Assembly: GCA_965198945.1 (NCBI GenBank)
Contig: CBDAQI010000001.1
Coordinates: forward strand, 64,001 to 128,000
Length of the DNA: 64,000 bases
Source: Thermodesulfobacteriota bacterium
GTDB taxonomy: Bacteria; Desulfobacterota_D; UBA1144; Nemesobacterales; Mycalebacteriaceae
Direction of reading: 5' to 3'
The notes beneath the pieces were generated by a model. That model was not told the DNA's origin, searched no databases, and saw only the letters and a program-made list of their open reading frames with translations. Positions 19,458-29,387 of the stretch are shown here, piece by piece (position 1 is the first letter of the stretch; every line of letters begins with the position of its first letter). A program made the translations under genes and the position numbers.

Positions 19458-20282
19458 TCATTGATTCTTGTAGCCTTTATATCCGGACATATCCGCAAGT
19501 TTTTTAAGAGTCTGCACGCCCTTGTAAAGTGAGCCGTCTATCTCCCAGGTTGGAAACGCGCTTATTTTTCTGTCTGAACACAGCTGCGGGTTGGCATTTT
19601 TCCCCTCCGGGTGACATTCAACGTAATTGACTTCTTCCGCATATCGCCCGAAGTATTTTTTTTGAAGCAAGCAAGCGGGGCACTTAAATGAGCCATACAT
19701 AACCGCTCCGCTTTCCTTCAGATGCGCCGCCAGATTTTTCTGAAATTTTTCGTGCTCAAAAGAAGGCGCAGAAACCCTTGACGCCGGGTCATCACTGAGG
19801 GCTGCGGAAGCGTATCCTCCGGCGGCCGCGAACACCCCGATCAAGATGCCGGCTGCTATCTGAGAGACCCTCGCCCCCCGGACCGACAGAATCCATATAG
19901 CAAACACTATGGCGGCTGACGCCACGCAAAAAGGACATATCTTTTGGATAACAAAGAATTCAGCCCATGACAGATAAGCGGAAAATCCCGCCGCCGCGCT
20001 TGCCACACCGATTATGACAGCCCTGTTTTGCCTGATGCCGCCCCGTATAACAGCCGCCAGCAGGAAGGCGTATCCGATGGCTCCGGCAAGAGACGCAGGA
20101 TAACCGAACAGTTTGGAAAATTTGCTGCCGAGCACCTCGTCACAACTCCACCGGGCTCCGCAGTATGTTCCCGCTCCGTCAGTAATGTAGTATACTGCGG
20201 TCAAATACAGGCAGATAATCAATCCTGCGGCTGAAAGAATTGTGATCGCCGGAGATGTCCGATCAGGCTTGGGCTGTTTCAT
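19458..20282 (-). CDS. VKOR family protein fused to a thioredoxin-like domain
   Basis: CGARWSCDEVL.S loop cysteines, ICPFC, C-terminal MYGSFKCPAC..YVEC..FPTW.I.G. Confidence 0.88.
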   Translation of the reverse strand: MKQPKPDRTSPAITILSAAGLIICLYLTAVYYITDGAGTYCGARWSCDEVLGSKFSKLFGYPASLAGAIGYAFLLAAVIRGGIRQNRAVIIGVASAAAGFSAYLSWAEFFVIQKICPFCVASAAIVFAIWILSVRGARVSQIAAGILIGVFAAAGGYASAALSDDPASRVSAPSFEHEKFQKNLAAHLKESGAVMYGSFKCPACLLQKKYFGRYAEEVNYVECHPEGKNANPQLCSDRKISAFPTWEIDGSLYKGVQTLKKLADMSGYKGYKNQ

Positions 20283-20351
20283 GATTTTTGATTTTAACAC
20301 TAATTTGGAAAGAATTGTGTTTTTGTCCCCGAATAATAGGCGGAACAAAGT

Positions 20352-20939
20352 TTGAATTTGGAAAGATACGCTGAAAGTGCGGCCGTTCTTGCTTCCACGG
20401 TTTTTTCACCGCCTCTTGTTGTGTGCTATGCCGTCGCCGCTCTTTTTCCGTCAATAGGGGGAAATTTTTTACTTGCGGCTCTTATAATTGCCGTTTTTGT
20501 TGTTCCTCCGGTTTTTTACATACTTTTTTTGATGCGCAAAGGCGCGGTTTCAAGCTTTCACCTCTCAGAGCACCGTGAGCGGTTTCGGCCTCTCAGGTTC
20601 ATTGTCTTAAACACCGCCGCGGGCGGGATTCTTTTCGGCTTTCTGGGGGGGTCTGTTCTGCTGGTTGATGTTGTGGTTGCGTGTCTCGCCGCTCTTCTCG
20701 CCGTTTATTTTGCGACACTTTACTACAAAATAAGCGCCCACACAGCGGCGCTTTCCTCACTCTGGGTTCTGCTTTCACTTTTTTACGGAACGGCGGGAAC
20801 GGCGTTTGCCGTTTTCCTTCCGGTTCTTTCATGGGCGCGTGTCCGGCTTTCAGTTCACACCCCCCTGCAGACCATTGCGGGATGTTTTCTGGGAGCCGCC
20901 GTTACTTTTGCCGTCCTGAAAATCAAAGGACACTTCTGA
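20352..20939 (+). CDS. PAP2-like membrane protein
   Basis: Multiple TM segments, KISAH, WARVRL..HT..Q...G. Confidence 0.7.
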   Translation: MNLERYAESAAVLASTVFSPPLVVCYAVAALFPSIGGNFLLAALIIAVFVVPPVFYILFLMRKGAVSSFHLSEHRERFRPLRFIVLNTAAGGILFGFLGGSVLLVDVVVACLAALLAVYFATLYYKISAHTAALSSLWVLLSLFYGTAGTAFAVFLPVLSWARVRLSVHTPLQTIAGCFLGAAVTFAVLKIKGHF

Positions 20940-20946
20940 ACCGCCG

Positions 20947-21945
20947 TCACTTGCGGCCGTCCGCCGCATAGTCAAGAATTTTGTCCGCTATTTCAGCCGC
21001 GTTGTCAGGGTATTCAACCCTGTCGGGTTTCTCTGAATTGATGAATTTTTCAAGGCTCTTTGGCAGCCGTTTTGTAACCTTTTCTTCCACCGCTGCGCCC
21101 AGTTTTTTCAGAGCGGCCGCGTTGCATTTCTGCTCATACTGCCCCTTCATCGGGACAACGAGGAGTTTTTTCCCGAGAAAACGGGCTTCGGACGGGGTCT
21201 CAAAACCGCTGTTGCACAGCACGCCTTCGCATCCGCAGATGGAGTCCGCAAACACCTCGGAGTCAACCGGAAAAACAGACACGCTTTTATCCCGCTGTTT
21301 CTCCCTGCAGTGCTTTGAGAACAGATGCCATTCCACATCAATGTTGCGCAGAACTGGGACTATTTTTTCATGCTCAAAAGAAGGCAGGTAAACCGTGTAG
21401 TGACCTTTGCTTGAATAATCGCGTCTGCGTATCTCCTTTCTTATAACCGGAGTTTCAATAAAGGAGTCATATTTTTCAAAGTGAATGCCGATTGGAATTG
21501 AAACGGGCGCATACCAGCTCAGCACGGCTTCGCCGAACCGGTTGATTTTTTCAGGTCTCGGGGTTTTTTCAGAAACAAAGGCGGTTTGGTGTGAAAGCGA
21601 CACGCATTTTTTCTTTTTCAGCAGACAGGCCCAGGAAGTTACCGGCTCAAAATCACTTACCACAATGTCGTATTTCTCAACGGGAAGTTTTCCGACATTT
21701 GAAAAAAATGTGTGCGGGCGGGCTTGCTTCAGGGAAGAAATCAGATCTATTCCGCCTTTTTTACCGAACACATAACCCAGGCCGCGCGGTCTGAATTTTA
21801 TTTCGGCTCCAATTTCTATTTCGCTGTGCGACTCACACAGCAGGATCTCCACCTCGGCCCCCCGAAGTTTCAAGACCGATATTATCTCGCGCGATCTCGT
21901 TATGTGCCCGTTTCCGGTGCCCTGAATACCGTAAAGAACTTTCAT
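20947..21945 (-). CDS. GT-B glycosyltransferase (MJ1255/VC2487-like)
   Basis: YGIQGTGNGHITR, SDFEP, GFETPSEA, GQYEQ..NA. Confidence 0.85.
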   Translation of the reverse strand: MKVLYGIQGTGNGHITRSREIISVLKLRGAEVEILLCESHSEIEIGAEIKFRPRGLGYVFGKKGGIDLISSLKQARPHTFFSNVGKLPVEKYDIVVSDFEPVTSWACLLKKKKCVSLSHQTAFVSEKTPRPEKINRFGEAVLSWYAPVSIPIGIHFEKYDSFIETPVIRKEIRRRDYSSKGHYTVYLPSFEHEKIVPVLRNIDVEWHLFSKHCREKQRDKSVSVFPVDSEVFADSICGCEGVLCNSGFETPSEARFLGKKLLVVPMKGQYEQKCNAAALKKLGAAVEEKVTKRLPKSLEKFINSEKPDRVEYPDNAAEIADKILDYAADGRK

Positions 21946-22050
21946 CAGACCGCCGCTTTTATCTTATATCCCCGTCCGCCGGAAAATCAATGTTTTTGCC
22001 TGCGCACCTTTTTGTCTGTAAACTGCGTTGGCAATTTTCGGGAGGGTTTT

Positions 22051-23217
22051 ATGGATATAAAATGGTCTGACAGAATATCGGAACTTCCTCCTTATCTTTT
22101 TGCGGAAATAGATAAAAAAAAATCCGAGTGTATCGCACGGGGTGTTGATGTAATAGATCTCGGGGTGGGAGACCCGGACATTCCGACCCCTCCCCACATA
22201 GTGCGCGCCGCGGCGCAAGCCGTCGCCGACCCCTCAAACCACAGATATCCTTCCTACGCCGGAATGGCGGAGTTCCGTGCCGCGGCGGCGGATTGGTATG
22301 AAAGAAGGTTCGGCGGCAAACTGAATCCCGAAACCGAGGTTCTCGCGCTTATCGGCTCCAAAGAGGGAGTTGCGCACACACCGATGGCTTTTGTAAATCC
22401 CGGCGACTGTGTGCTTGTTCCCGACCCCGGCTACCCGGTTTATCCCGTTTCGGTGGCGTTTGCGGGCGGTTTTTGCAGCAAAATGCCGCTTCTCAAAGAG
22501 AACGGCTTTCTTCCCGACCTTGATGCCATTGACCCCGCCGTTGCCGCGCGTGCAAAGATGATGTTTTTGAACTACCCGAACAACCCGACGACGGCCGTCG
22601 CGGACGCGTCTTTTTTTGAAAGGGTCGTTGAGTTCGCGCTCAAACACAACATAGTCGTCTGTCATGACGCCGCTTATACGGAAATCGCCTTTGACGGCTT
22701 TGTTCCGCCCGGTTTTCTTGAAACCCCCGGTGCGAAAGAAGTGGGAATTGAGTTTCACTCTCTTTCCAAAACCTTCAGCATGACGGGCTGGAGAATCGCT
22801 TTTGCCGCGGGTTCGGAGCGCGCAATAGCGGCTTTGGGCAAGGTGAAGACAAACATAGATTCCGGCGCGTTTCAGGCCGTGCAAATCGCGGGTATTGAGG
22901 CTCTTACCGGCAAAGACGAGGGGTTTGAGCGGAGAAGGGAGAAATACCGCGAGAGAAGAGACATATTCTGCAAAGGTCTTGAAAAAGCCGGTCTTTCGCA
23001 TGAAAAACCGCTTTCAACCTTTTATGTCTGGTTTGAAACTCCGCCCGGTATGAGCTCGGCGCAGTTTTCCTCCATGGTTCTTGACCGTTGCGGAGTTGTT
23101 CTGACACCCGGAAACGGCTTCGGAGAATTTGGTGAAGGGTATGTTCGCGCCTCAATAACTTTTGACACCGAAAGAATAAGAGAGGCGGCGGACAGAATTG
23201 CATCCCTTTCCTTTTAG
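22051..23217 (+). CDS. dapL: LL-diaminopimelate aminotransferase
   Basis: LPPYLFAEID, DLGVGDPD, LIGSKEG, NYPNNPT, EFHSLSKTFSMTGWR. Confidence 0.8.
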   Translation: MDIKWSDRISELPPYLFAEIDKKKSECIARGVDVIDLGVGDPDIPTPPHIVRAAAQAVADPSNHRYPSYAGMAEFRAAAADWYERRFGGKLNPETEVLALIGSKEGVAHTPMAFVNPGDCVLVPDPGYPVYPVSVAFAGGFCSKMPLLKENGFLPDLDAIDPAVAARAKMMFLNYPNNPTTAVADASFFERVVEFALKHNIVVCHDAAYTEIAFDGFVPPGFLETPGAKEVGIEFHSLSKTFSMTGWRIAFAAGSERAIAALGKVKTNIDSGAFQAVQIAGIEALTGKDEGFERRREKYRERRDIFCKGLEKAGLSHEKPLSTFYVWFETPPGMSSAQFSSMVLDRCGVVLTPGNGFGEFGEGYVRASITFDTERIREAADRIASLSF

Positions 23218-23237
23218 TCTGCGAAGAATCTCTTGAG

Positions 23238-24728
23238 ATGTTTTCAACCCTTTCCTCACTGATAGTGCTGCCGGCTGAAATTCTCTATCTTTTATGTCTG
23301 CTTTTTCTCTCGGCGATGGGGTTTCACAGATATCGTCTCTGCTGGCTCTTTCTGAAAAATCGCAGTCGCGCCCAGGCATGTCCGCCCGCGCTTCCCGATT
23401 CACAACTTTCGTCCGTCACGGTTCAGCTTCCGGTCTATAACGAGGTTTATGTCGTGGAAAGAGTCATAGAAGCGGTTTGCGCTATGGACTATCCGCAGCA
23501 TTTGATTGAAATCCAGGTGCTTGACGATTCCACCGATGAAACTTCAAAAATCGCGCGCGCGGTGGTTGAGCGTAAAAAGTCCGAGGGCTTCAGAATAAGC
23601 CACATATGCAGAAAAACGAGGCGCGGATACAAGGGGGGAGCTCTTGAGAACGGCTCTTTTTCGGCAAGCGGCGAGTTCATGGCGCTTTTTGACGCCGACT
23701 TTGTTCCGCCGCGGGATTTTCTACGCCGCGCGCTCGGGTGTTTTTCCGACTCTTCAATCGGGATAGTGCAGGCGCGCTGGGGACATATAAACATGAATCA
23801 GTCCCGCCTTACGAATCTTCAGTCTATTTTTCTTGACGGCCATCTTGTGGTTGAGCAGACCGGCCGCTCCGCTTCGGGCGTTTTTCTGAATTTCAACGGA
23901 ACCGCTTCGGTGATCAGAAGCTCCTGCCTTGAGTCTTCGGGCGGATGGCATTCGGACACCCTTGCCGAAGACCTTGACCTGAGCTGCAGAGCGCAGCTGA
24001 ACGGGTGGAAAATAAGATATGTGAGCGATCTCATCTGTCCGTCCGAGCTTCCGTCCGATATAGGGGCATTCAAATCGCAGCAGCGCCGGTGGACATGCGG
24101 CGGGGTGCAGAACGCTTTCAAGTTTCTCGCTGAAATTTTTTCGCGCAAAGACCTCTCGGCCGGTTTCAAAACCGAGGCCGCGTTTCATATGCTCGGAAAT
24201 TTTTCAAGTCCGTTTTTTCTCATCAGCCTTTTTTCCGCGGTTGTGGTGAGCGCAGCGGGCGGAAAACTGCCCCGTTTCGTCTACCAGTTTGTCGGAACCG
24301 CAGCTTTTATTGCAACGGGCGGCGTTTTGCTTTTTTACTTGCTTGCCGTTATCAATTCCGCTCCGCGGGAAAAAATCCGGCGCCTTGCGGCAGCCCCTTT
24401 TGTTATGCACCTATGGGCCGGAATTTCAATAAGCAACGCGCGCGAGGTTGTGCGCTGCCTTACGGGAGGCGCGCGCGAGTTTGTCCGGACTCCGAAAACC
24501 GCCGCCGGAACCGGCGTCTCCGCGGCCGACTGTGCGGCCGCCGCCCGTTTTGATTTCGGGGCGCTTTTTGAACTTTCAGTCTCGCTGGCGCTTCTGTTTT
24601 TCGCGTTTGCCGGAGGCGTGACGGACGCCTTTATGAGGTTTCTGCTTGCATTTTTTTCGCTGGCTTTTTTCTATGTTTCTTTTCTCTCACTCAAGCCGTA
24701 TCTCGGAAGACTTGCCCGCAGGTCTTGA
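23238..24728 (+). CDS. Membrane GT2 glycosyltransferase (cellulose-synthase-like)
   Basis: VQLPVYNE, QVLDDSTD, FDADF, FNGTA, AEDLDLS, QQRRW. Confidence 0.88.
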   Translation: MFSTLSSLIVLPAEILYLLCLLFLSAMGFHRYRLCWLFLKNRSRAQACPPALPDSQLSSVTVQLPVYNEVYVVERVIEAVCAMDYPQHLIEIQVLDDSTDETSKIARAVVERKKSEGFRISHICRKTRRGYKGGALENGSFSASGEFMALFDADFVPPRDFLRRALGCFSDSSIGIVQARWGHINMNQSRLTNLQSIFLDGHLVVEQTGRSASGVFLNFNGTASVIRSSCLESSGGWHSDTLAEDLDLSCRAQLNGWKIRYVSDLICPSELPSDIGAFKSQQRRWTCGGVQNAFKFLAEIFSRKDLSAGFKTEAAFHMLGNFSSPFFLISLFSAVVVSAAGGKLPRFVYQFVGTAAFIATGGVLLFYLLAVINSAPREKIRRLAAAPFVMHLWAGISISNAREVVRCLTGGAREFVRTPKTAAGTGVSAADCAAAARFDFGALFELSVSLALLFFAFAGGVTDAFMRFLLAFFSLAFFYVSFLSLKPYLGRLARRS

Positions 24729-24820
24729 CAAGGGCGCAACATAATAGAATATACTTACGGTTATTATTTTTCTGGGTGAGCGGAATTATTCTGTTTCAAA
24801 CCCGTGGAGGTTTTCTGATT

Positions 24821-25996
24821 ATGTCTGAGATTTACGGCTTCAGTTCAAGAACGCGGCACTTTGTGCAGCCAAAGCAGTGGGCAAGCATGAGGGTTGCCAA
24901 AGAGATTGAGAAAAAAACCGGTAAAAACATAATACATTTTGAGAAAGGAGACTATCAGGGCCCGGATTTTGAAACGCCCCGCCACATAATTGAGGCGACA
25001 AACAGAGCGGTTGAGGAGGGTTATGTGCGCTATGACCCCGGTCCGGGACTGCCCGAACTCAGAGAAGCCATAGCCGAAAGAACCACGAGCCAGGGACGCA
25101 AAACCGAACCGGAGGAGGTCATAGTAACCGCCGGAGCCAAGCACGCCCTTACGGCCTCTCTGAACATTTTTCTTGAAGACGGGGATGAGGTTATTTTTCC
25201 CAACCCCGGTTACCCTCCGGATGAGGTTTGGGCTAAGTATCTCGGAGCGGAAATCAAGCATACCCCTCTGACCGACCCGGACTGGCAGTTTGATGTGGAA
25301 AAACTTGAGTCTCTGATAACACCAAAAACCAAGCTGGTTATCATCAACACGCCGCAGCGTCCGAACGGACATCTGGTTGAAAATCCGGAAGAAATTGCCG
25401 GGATGTGCGCCAGACATCCGGGGCTGGTAGTCATATCGGATGAGATTTTCTCACAGGTAACTTTTGACAAACCCCACCTGAGCGTAAGTGCGGTTGACGG
25501 CATGGCTGACAGAACCATTGTCATAGATACATTCTCAAAAACCTGGGCGATGACCGGATGGAGAATCGGATGGGCCGTCGCCCCGAAGCCGATTATTGAA
25601 AAGATGTCCATCTTTCTCCAGGATTCCATAACAAACGTTGCGGCGCTCATACAGCGCGCCGCTTATTCAGCGCTCACGGGCCCACAGGACTGGGTTCATG
25701 AAAAGCACACCCTTCTCAAAAATAAAAGAGACAGAATGGTCGCCGCTCTGAATAAAGTTCCGGGAGTCAAGTGCGACACGCCGGACGGGGCTTTCTACGC
25801 CTTTGCGGACATAACGGGAACCGGCCTTACTTCTCAGCAATACACAGACCGCCTCATAGAGCGCGCCGGAGTGGCCGTTGTGGCCGGAACCGCTTTCGGA
25901 GACAGGGGAGAGGGATTTGTGCGTGTTACCTACGCATGTTCCGACGAAGACATAGACGAGGGAACGCGAAGAATGAAAGAGGCGGATCTTTCCTGA
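24821..25996 (+). CDS. Class I/II PLP aminotransferase (aspartate aminotransferase-like)
   Basis: GLPELR, TAGAK, SDEIF, FSKTWAMTGWRIG, GAFYAF; GGAGG upstream of ATG 24821. Confidence 0.88.
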   Translation: MSEIYGFSSRTRHFVQPKQWASMRVAKEIEKKTGKNIIHFEKGDYQGPDFETPRHIIEATNRAVEEGYVRYDPGPGLPELREAIAERTTSQGRKTEPEEVIVTAGAKHALTASLNIFLEDGDEVIFPNPGYPPDEVWAKYLGAEIKHTPLTDPDWQFDVEKLESLITPKTKLVIINTPQRPNGHLVENPEEIAGMCARHPGLVVISDEIFSQVTFDKPHLSVSAVDGMADRTIVIDTFSKTWAMTGWRIGWAVAPKPIIEKMSIFLQDSITNVAALIQRAAYSALTGPQDWVHEKHTLLKNKRDRMVAALNKVPGVKCDTPDGAFYAFADITGTGLTSQQYTDRLIERAGVAVVAGTAFGDRGEGFVRVTYACSDEDIDEGTRRMKEADLS

Positions 25997-26065
25997 CACC
26001 CGGCATTTCGCGGATTTTCAGCGATGTGTTTCACTCGGAAAGACCGGTTTCCCATTCTTGGACTC

Positions 26066-26093
26066 TTAACTTAAAATTAAGTATTTCTTAACA
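26066..26093 (+). promoter_or_regulatory. Pho box upstream of pstS
   Basis: TTAAC/TTAAG/TTAAC at 26066, 26077 and 26088 (11-bp period). Confidence 0.65.
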
Positions 26094-26150
26094 TTTGTCC
26101 GGTTTCCTAACACCAATCGGAATTATTTGCCATTGCTACAGGAGGACAAA

Positions 26151-27128
26151 ATGTTGAGAATAAAAAGCCGTATTTTTCCAATTGTTTTTTTCGCGGCGCT
26201 TTTTGCCGTTTCGCCGGCTTTCACGCAGGTGGAGGTTGACAAAAAACTTCCAAACTACAGGAAGACCGGAAAGTCCGTTTCGGGCACCATAAACAGCGTC
26301 GGTTCCGATACGATGAACAATCTTATGGCTCTTTGGTGCGAGGGATTCAAGAAACGTTACCCCAGAGTCAAATGTCAGATAGAGGGCAAGGGCTCCAGCA
26401 CCGCGCCGCCCGCTCTTATAAAGGGAACCTCGCAGTTCGGTCCCATGTCCCGCAGTATGAAATCCAAAGAGGTTGACGCATTTGAAAAAGCGTTCGGATA
26501 CAAACCCGTCGCAATACCGACCGCCGTTGACATGCTTGCGGTTTTCGTCAACAGGGAGAGCCCGGTCAAGTGTCTTTCAATAAAACAGGTTGACTCAGCT
26601 TTTTCTAAAACCAGAAGGTGCGGAGCCGCAACCTCCGCCTCCAAATGGGAAGATCTCGGAGTCGGCGGCGCCTGGGGACGCCGGCCGATAACCCTTTACG
26701 GAAGGAACTCCGCTTCGGGAACCTACGGATATTTCAAGAAAAAAGCCCTTTGCAAGGGAGACTACTCGGACTCCGTCAAGGAGCAGCCCGGCTCGGCCTC
26801 AGTCGTTCAGGGGATCAGCAAAGACAAATACGCCGTCGGGTATAGCGGGATTGGCTATGCCACATCCAGTGTGCGCGCCATAGCTCTGTCCAAAAAAAAT
26901 GGAAAGTGCATTGAGCCGTCCCCGAAAAACAAAAACTACCCGCTCGCAAGGTATCTCTATCTTTATGTCAACAAGAAGCCGGGGAAAAAGCTTGACAATC
27001 TCCGCAAAGAGTTTCTCAAATTTGTTTTGAGCAAGCAGGGACAGAGGGTTGTCGTCAAAGACGGCTACATTCCCCTTGACAACAAAACAGTCAGAGAACT
27101 CAGAAAAAAATATCTCGGCGGAAGATAA
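26151..27128 (+). CDS. pstS: Phosphate ABC transporter substrate-binding protein
   Basis: Signal peptide, GSDT, GKGSSTA, GRNSASGTY; AGGAGG RBS. Confidence 0.95.
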   Translation: MLRIKSRIFPIVFFAALFAVSPAFTQVEVDKKLPNYRKTGKSVSGTINSVGSDTMNNLMALWCEGFKKRYPRVKCQIEGKGSSTAPPALIKGTSQFGPMSRSMKSKEVDAFEKAFGYKPVAIPTAVDMLAVFVNRESPVKCLSIKQVDSAFSKTRRCGAATSASKWEDLGVGGAWGRRPITLYGRNSASGTYGYFKKKALCKGDYSDSVKEQPGSASVVQGISKDKYAVGYSGIGYATSSVRAIALSKKNGKCIEPSPKNKNYPLARYLYLYVNKKPGKKLDNLRKEFLKFVLSKQGQRVVVKDGYIPLDNKTVRELRKKYLGGR

Positions 27129-27165
27129 AACAAATGGTCTCTTTTGAAATAGCCGGGAGTCTGTC

Positions 27166-29373
27166 TTGAATATAAGAAAATTTTACGACAGGCTCGCCGG
27201 TTATTTTATAGTTCTGGGAGGCGTGGCGATCATTGCCAGCATACTGGCCGTTTTTGTCTTCATACTTGCTGAAGTTCTGCCTCTTTTTTCAAAACCGACC
27301 GGCGGATCTTTACAAAAAACCGCCTTGTCATCTCACGCGGCCGGGGCTTTGGGGGTGGGTGTTGACGAATATATGCTGACCGCTTACGCGGTTCTGCCGG
27401 ACGGAAAGCTGAAGTTTTTCTCAGTTGAAACCGGAGAGGCGGAAAAAACTTTTGACACCGGGTCCGGCGCTCTTTCTTTTTCAGTTCAAACAGACTCAAA
27501 GGGATTTGCGCTCGGAGGGACTGACGGTTTTGCGCGGATTTTCACACTCCACTATCAGGAAACCCATCCGGACGGCGTGAGGAAGGTCGTAAGTGAGATT
27601 AAAAAAGCTGCGGAGGTTCCGGTGGCCGCCGGTTCGGGTTTGCTGAGCCTGTCTTTTGTCCGTCCCGATTCACAGTCCGTGCTTCTCGCGGCTCACACCG
27701 AAGACGGCAGGCTTATTTTTGTTTCCGGTCTGGGGGAGGAGGAAGACCAAAACCCGTTTGCCGATAAAGAGCCCGGAGATGAAGCGCTTAGGCTTGAGTT
27801 TTCCTCAAGCGATTTAACGACTGATATCGGGGATGAAAAAATCACCGCGGTGGCTTTTTTGGAAAACGGGAATATTCTTTGCGCCGCCACTTCTTCGGGC
27901 AGAATACTCCAGTGGAAAATTTCCGGGCAGGATTCCCCGGTTTTTCTCGGATCCGCCGATGCGACGGAAAATCGCTCCGTTGGTGTGACAATGATGGGTC
28001 TTGTTCTCGGAGGCCGTTCGGTTGTCGTCGGCGACTCTTCGGGGGGGCTGTCGGTATGGTTCCGTCCTTCGGATGAGGATTTCATAAAACCCGTCCATAA
28101 GTTCACCCCTTTTGAAGGAGCGGTTCGCAAGTTCTCAAACTCTTTGAGAAACAGGGGTTTTGTCGCGTCAGACTCTCTGGGCGGCATAGGGGTCTTTCAC
28201 GCCACAACAGCCCAGAGACGTTTGTTTTTTCAAAGCGGGGAAGAGGTCTCCGCTCTCGTTTTCGCCCCCAAGGGAAATGCCGTGGCGGCTTTGTCTCCGG
28301 ACGGTTCATTCAGCCGTTGGGATGTTAAAGACGACTATCCTGAAATCACCCTGAAGTCTGTTTTCTCAGCCGTCTGGTATGAGGGTTATGACTCGCCCAT
28401 ACATATGTGGCAGTCAACCGGGGGAACTGATGAGTTTGAGCCCAAACTCGGTCTTCTTCCGATAATTTTCGGCACTTTCAAGGGCGCCGTCTACTCGCTT
28501 ATTTTTGCCGTGCCTCTTGCGGTTCTTGCAGCCCTGTGCGTTTCCCAGTTCATGCATCCGTCATTTACCAAATACATCAAACCGGTAATTGAGATTATGG
28601 CGGGTCTGCCGAGCGTTGTAATAGGTTTTTTCGCCGGACTGTGGCTTTCTCCGATTCTTGAAAAAATTTTTCCCGCCCTTGTCATAATGCCGTTCACCGT
28701 TACCGCTTTTGCGCTGGCCTGTCTCTATCTGTGGAAGATTTTTGGCAAAAATATCCGCCGGCGCCTGAGGCAGGGAACCGAATATCTTCTCCTCGTTCCC
28801 GTGCTCGCAGCCTCGGTCGCTTTTTCCCTGTGGTTGAATGCGCCCGCGGAACAGTTTCTTTTTCAGGGAGACTACAAGATCTGGCTTGCCTCAATCGGGC
28901 TTGATTTTGACCAGAGAAACGCTCTGGTTGTTGGTTTTGCGATGGGCTTCGCGGTCATCCCGATAGTTTTTACAATAGCTGAAGACGCAATGTCCGGGGT
29001 GCCGAAACCACTTGTTGCGGCGTCTCTTGCGCTTGGGGCGAGCAGGTGGCAGACCGCCGTAAGAGTTGTTGTGCCGTCCGCAAGCGCGGGCATACTGTCT
29101 GCGGTTGTAATAGGTTTCGGCAGAGCCGTGGGAGAAACCATGATAGTTCTTATGGCGACCGGAAACACACCGCTTCTTGACTGGAACATATTCAACGGTT
29201 TCCGGGCCATGTCGGCGAACATAGCGGTTGAACTGCCCGAGGCTCCTCACGGCGGCGGGCTTTACAGGCTCATATTCTTTACAAGTCTTCTTCTGTTCCT
29301 TTTCACCTTTTTTCTTAACACGGTGGCTGAGTTTGTCAGAGGGAGGCTGGGAAGGAAATACCGCTCTTCTTGA
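27166..29373 (+). CDS. pstC: Phosphate ABC permease PstC with large periplasmic beta-propeller-like insert
   Basis: IEIMAGLPSVVIG, ALGASRWQT, GRAVGETM. Confidence 0.92.
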   Translation: MNIRKFYDRLAGYFIVLGGVAIIASILAVFVFILAEVLPLFSKPTGGSLQKTALSSHAAGALGVGVDEYMLTAYAVLPDGKLKFFSVETGEAEKTFDTGSGALSFSVQTDSKGFALGGTDGFARIFTLHYQETHPDGVRKVVSEIKKAAEVPVAAGSGLLSLSFVRPDSQSVLLAAHTEDGRLIFVSGLGEEEDQNPFADKEPGDEALRLEFSSSDLTTDIGDEKITAVAFLENGNILCAATSSGRILQWKISGQDSPVFLGSADATENRSVGVTMMGLVLGGRSVVVGDSSGGLSVWFRPSDEDFIKPVHKFTPFEGAVRKFSNSLRNRGFVASDSLGGIGVFHATTAQRRLFFQSGEEVSALVFAPKGNAVAALSPDGSFSRWDVKDDYPEITLKSVFSAVWYEGYDSPIHMWQSTGGTDEFEPKLGLLPIIFGTFKGAVYSLIFAVPLAVLAALCVSQFMHPSFTKYIKPVIEIMAGLPSVVIGFFAGLWLSPILEKIFPALVIMPFTVTAFALACLYLWKIFGKNIRRRLRQGTEYLLLVPVLAASVAFSLWLNAPAEQFLFQGDYKIWLASIGLDFDQRNALVVGFAMGFAVIPIVFTIAEDAMSGVPKPLVAASLALGASRWQTAVRVVVPSASAGILSAVVIGFGRAVGETMIVLMATGNTPLLDWNIFNGFRAMSANIAVELPEAPHGGGLYRLIFFTSLLLFLFTFFLNTVAEFVRGRLGRKYRSS

Positions 29374-29387
29374 GTTAGACAAACGGT

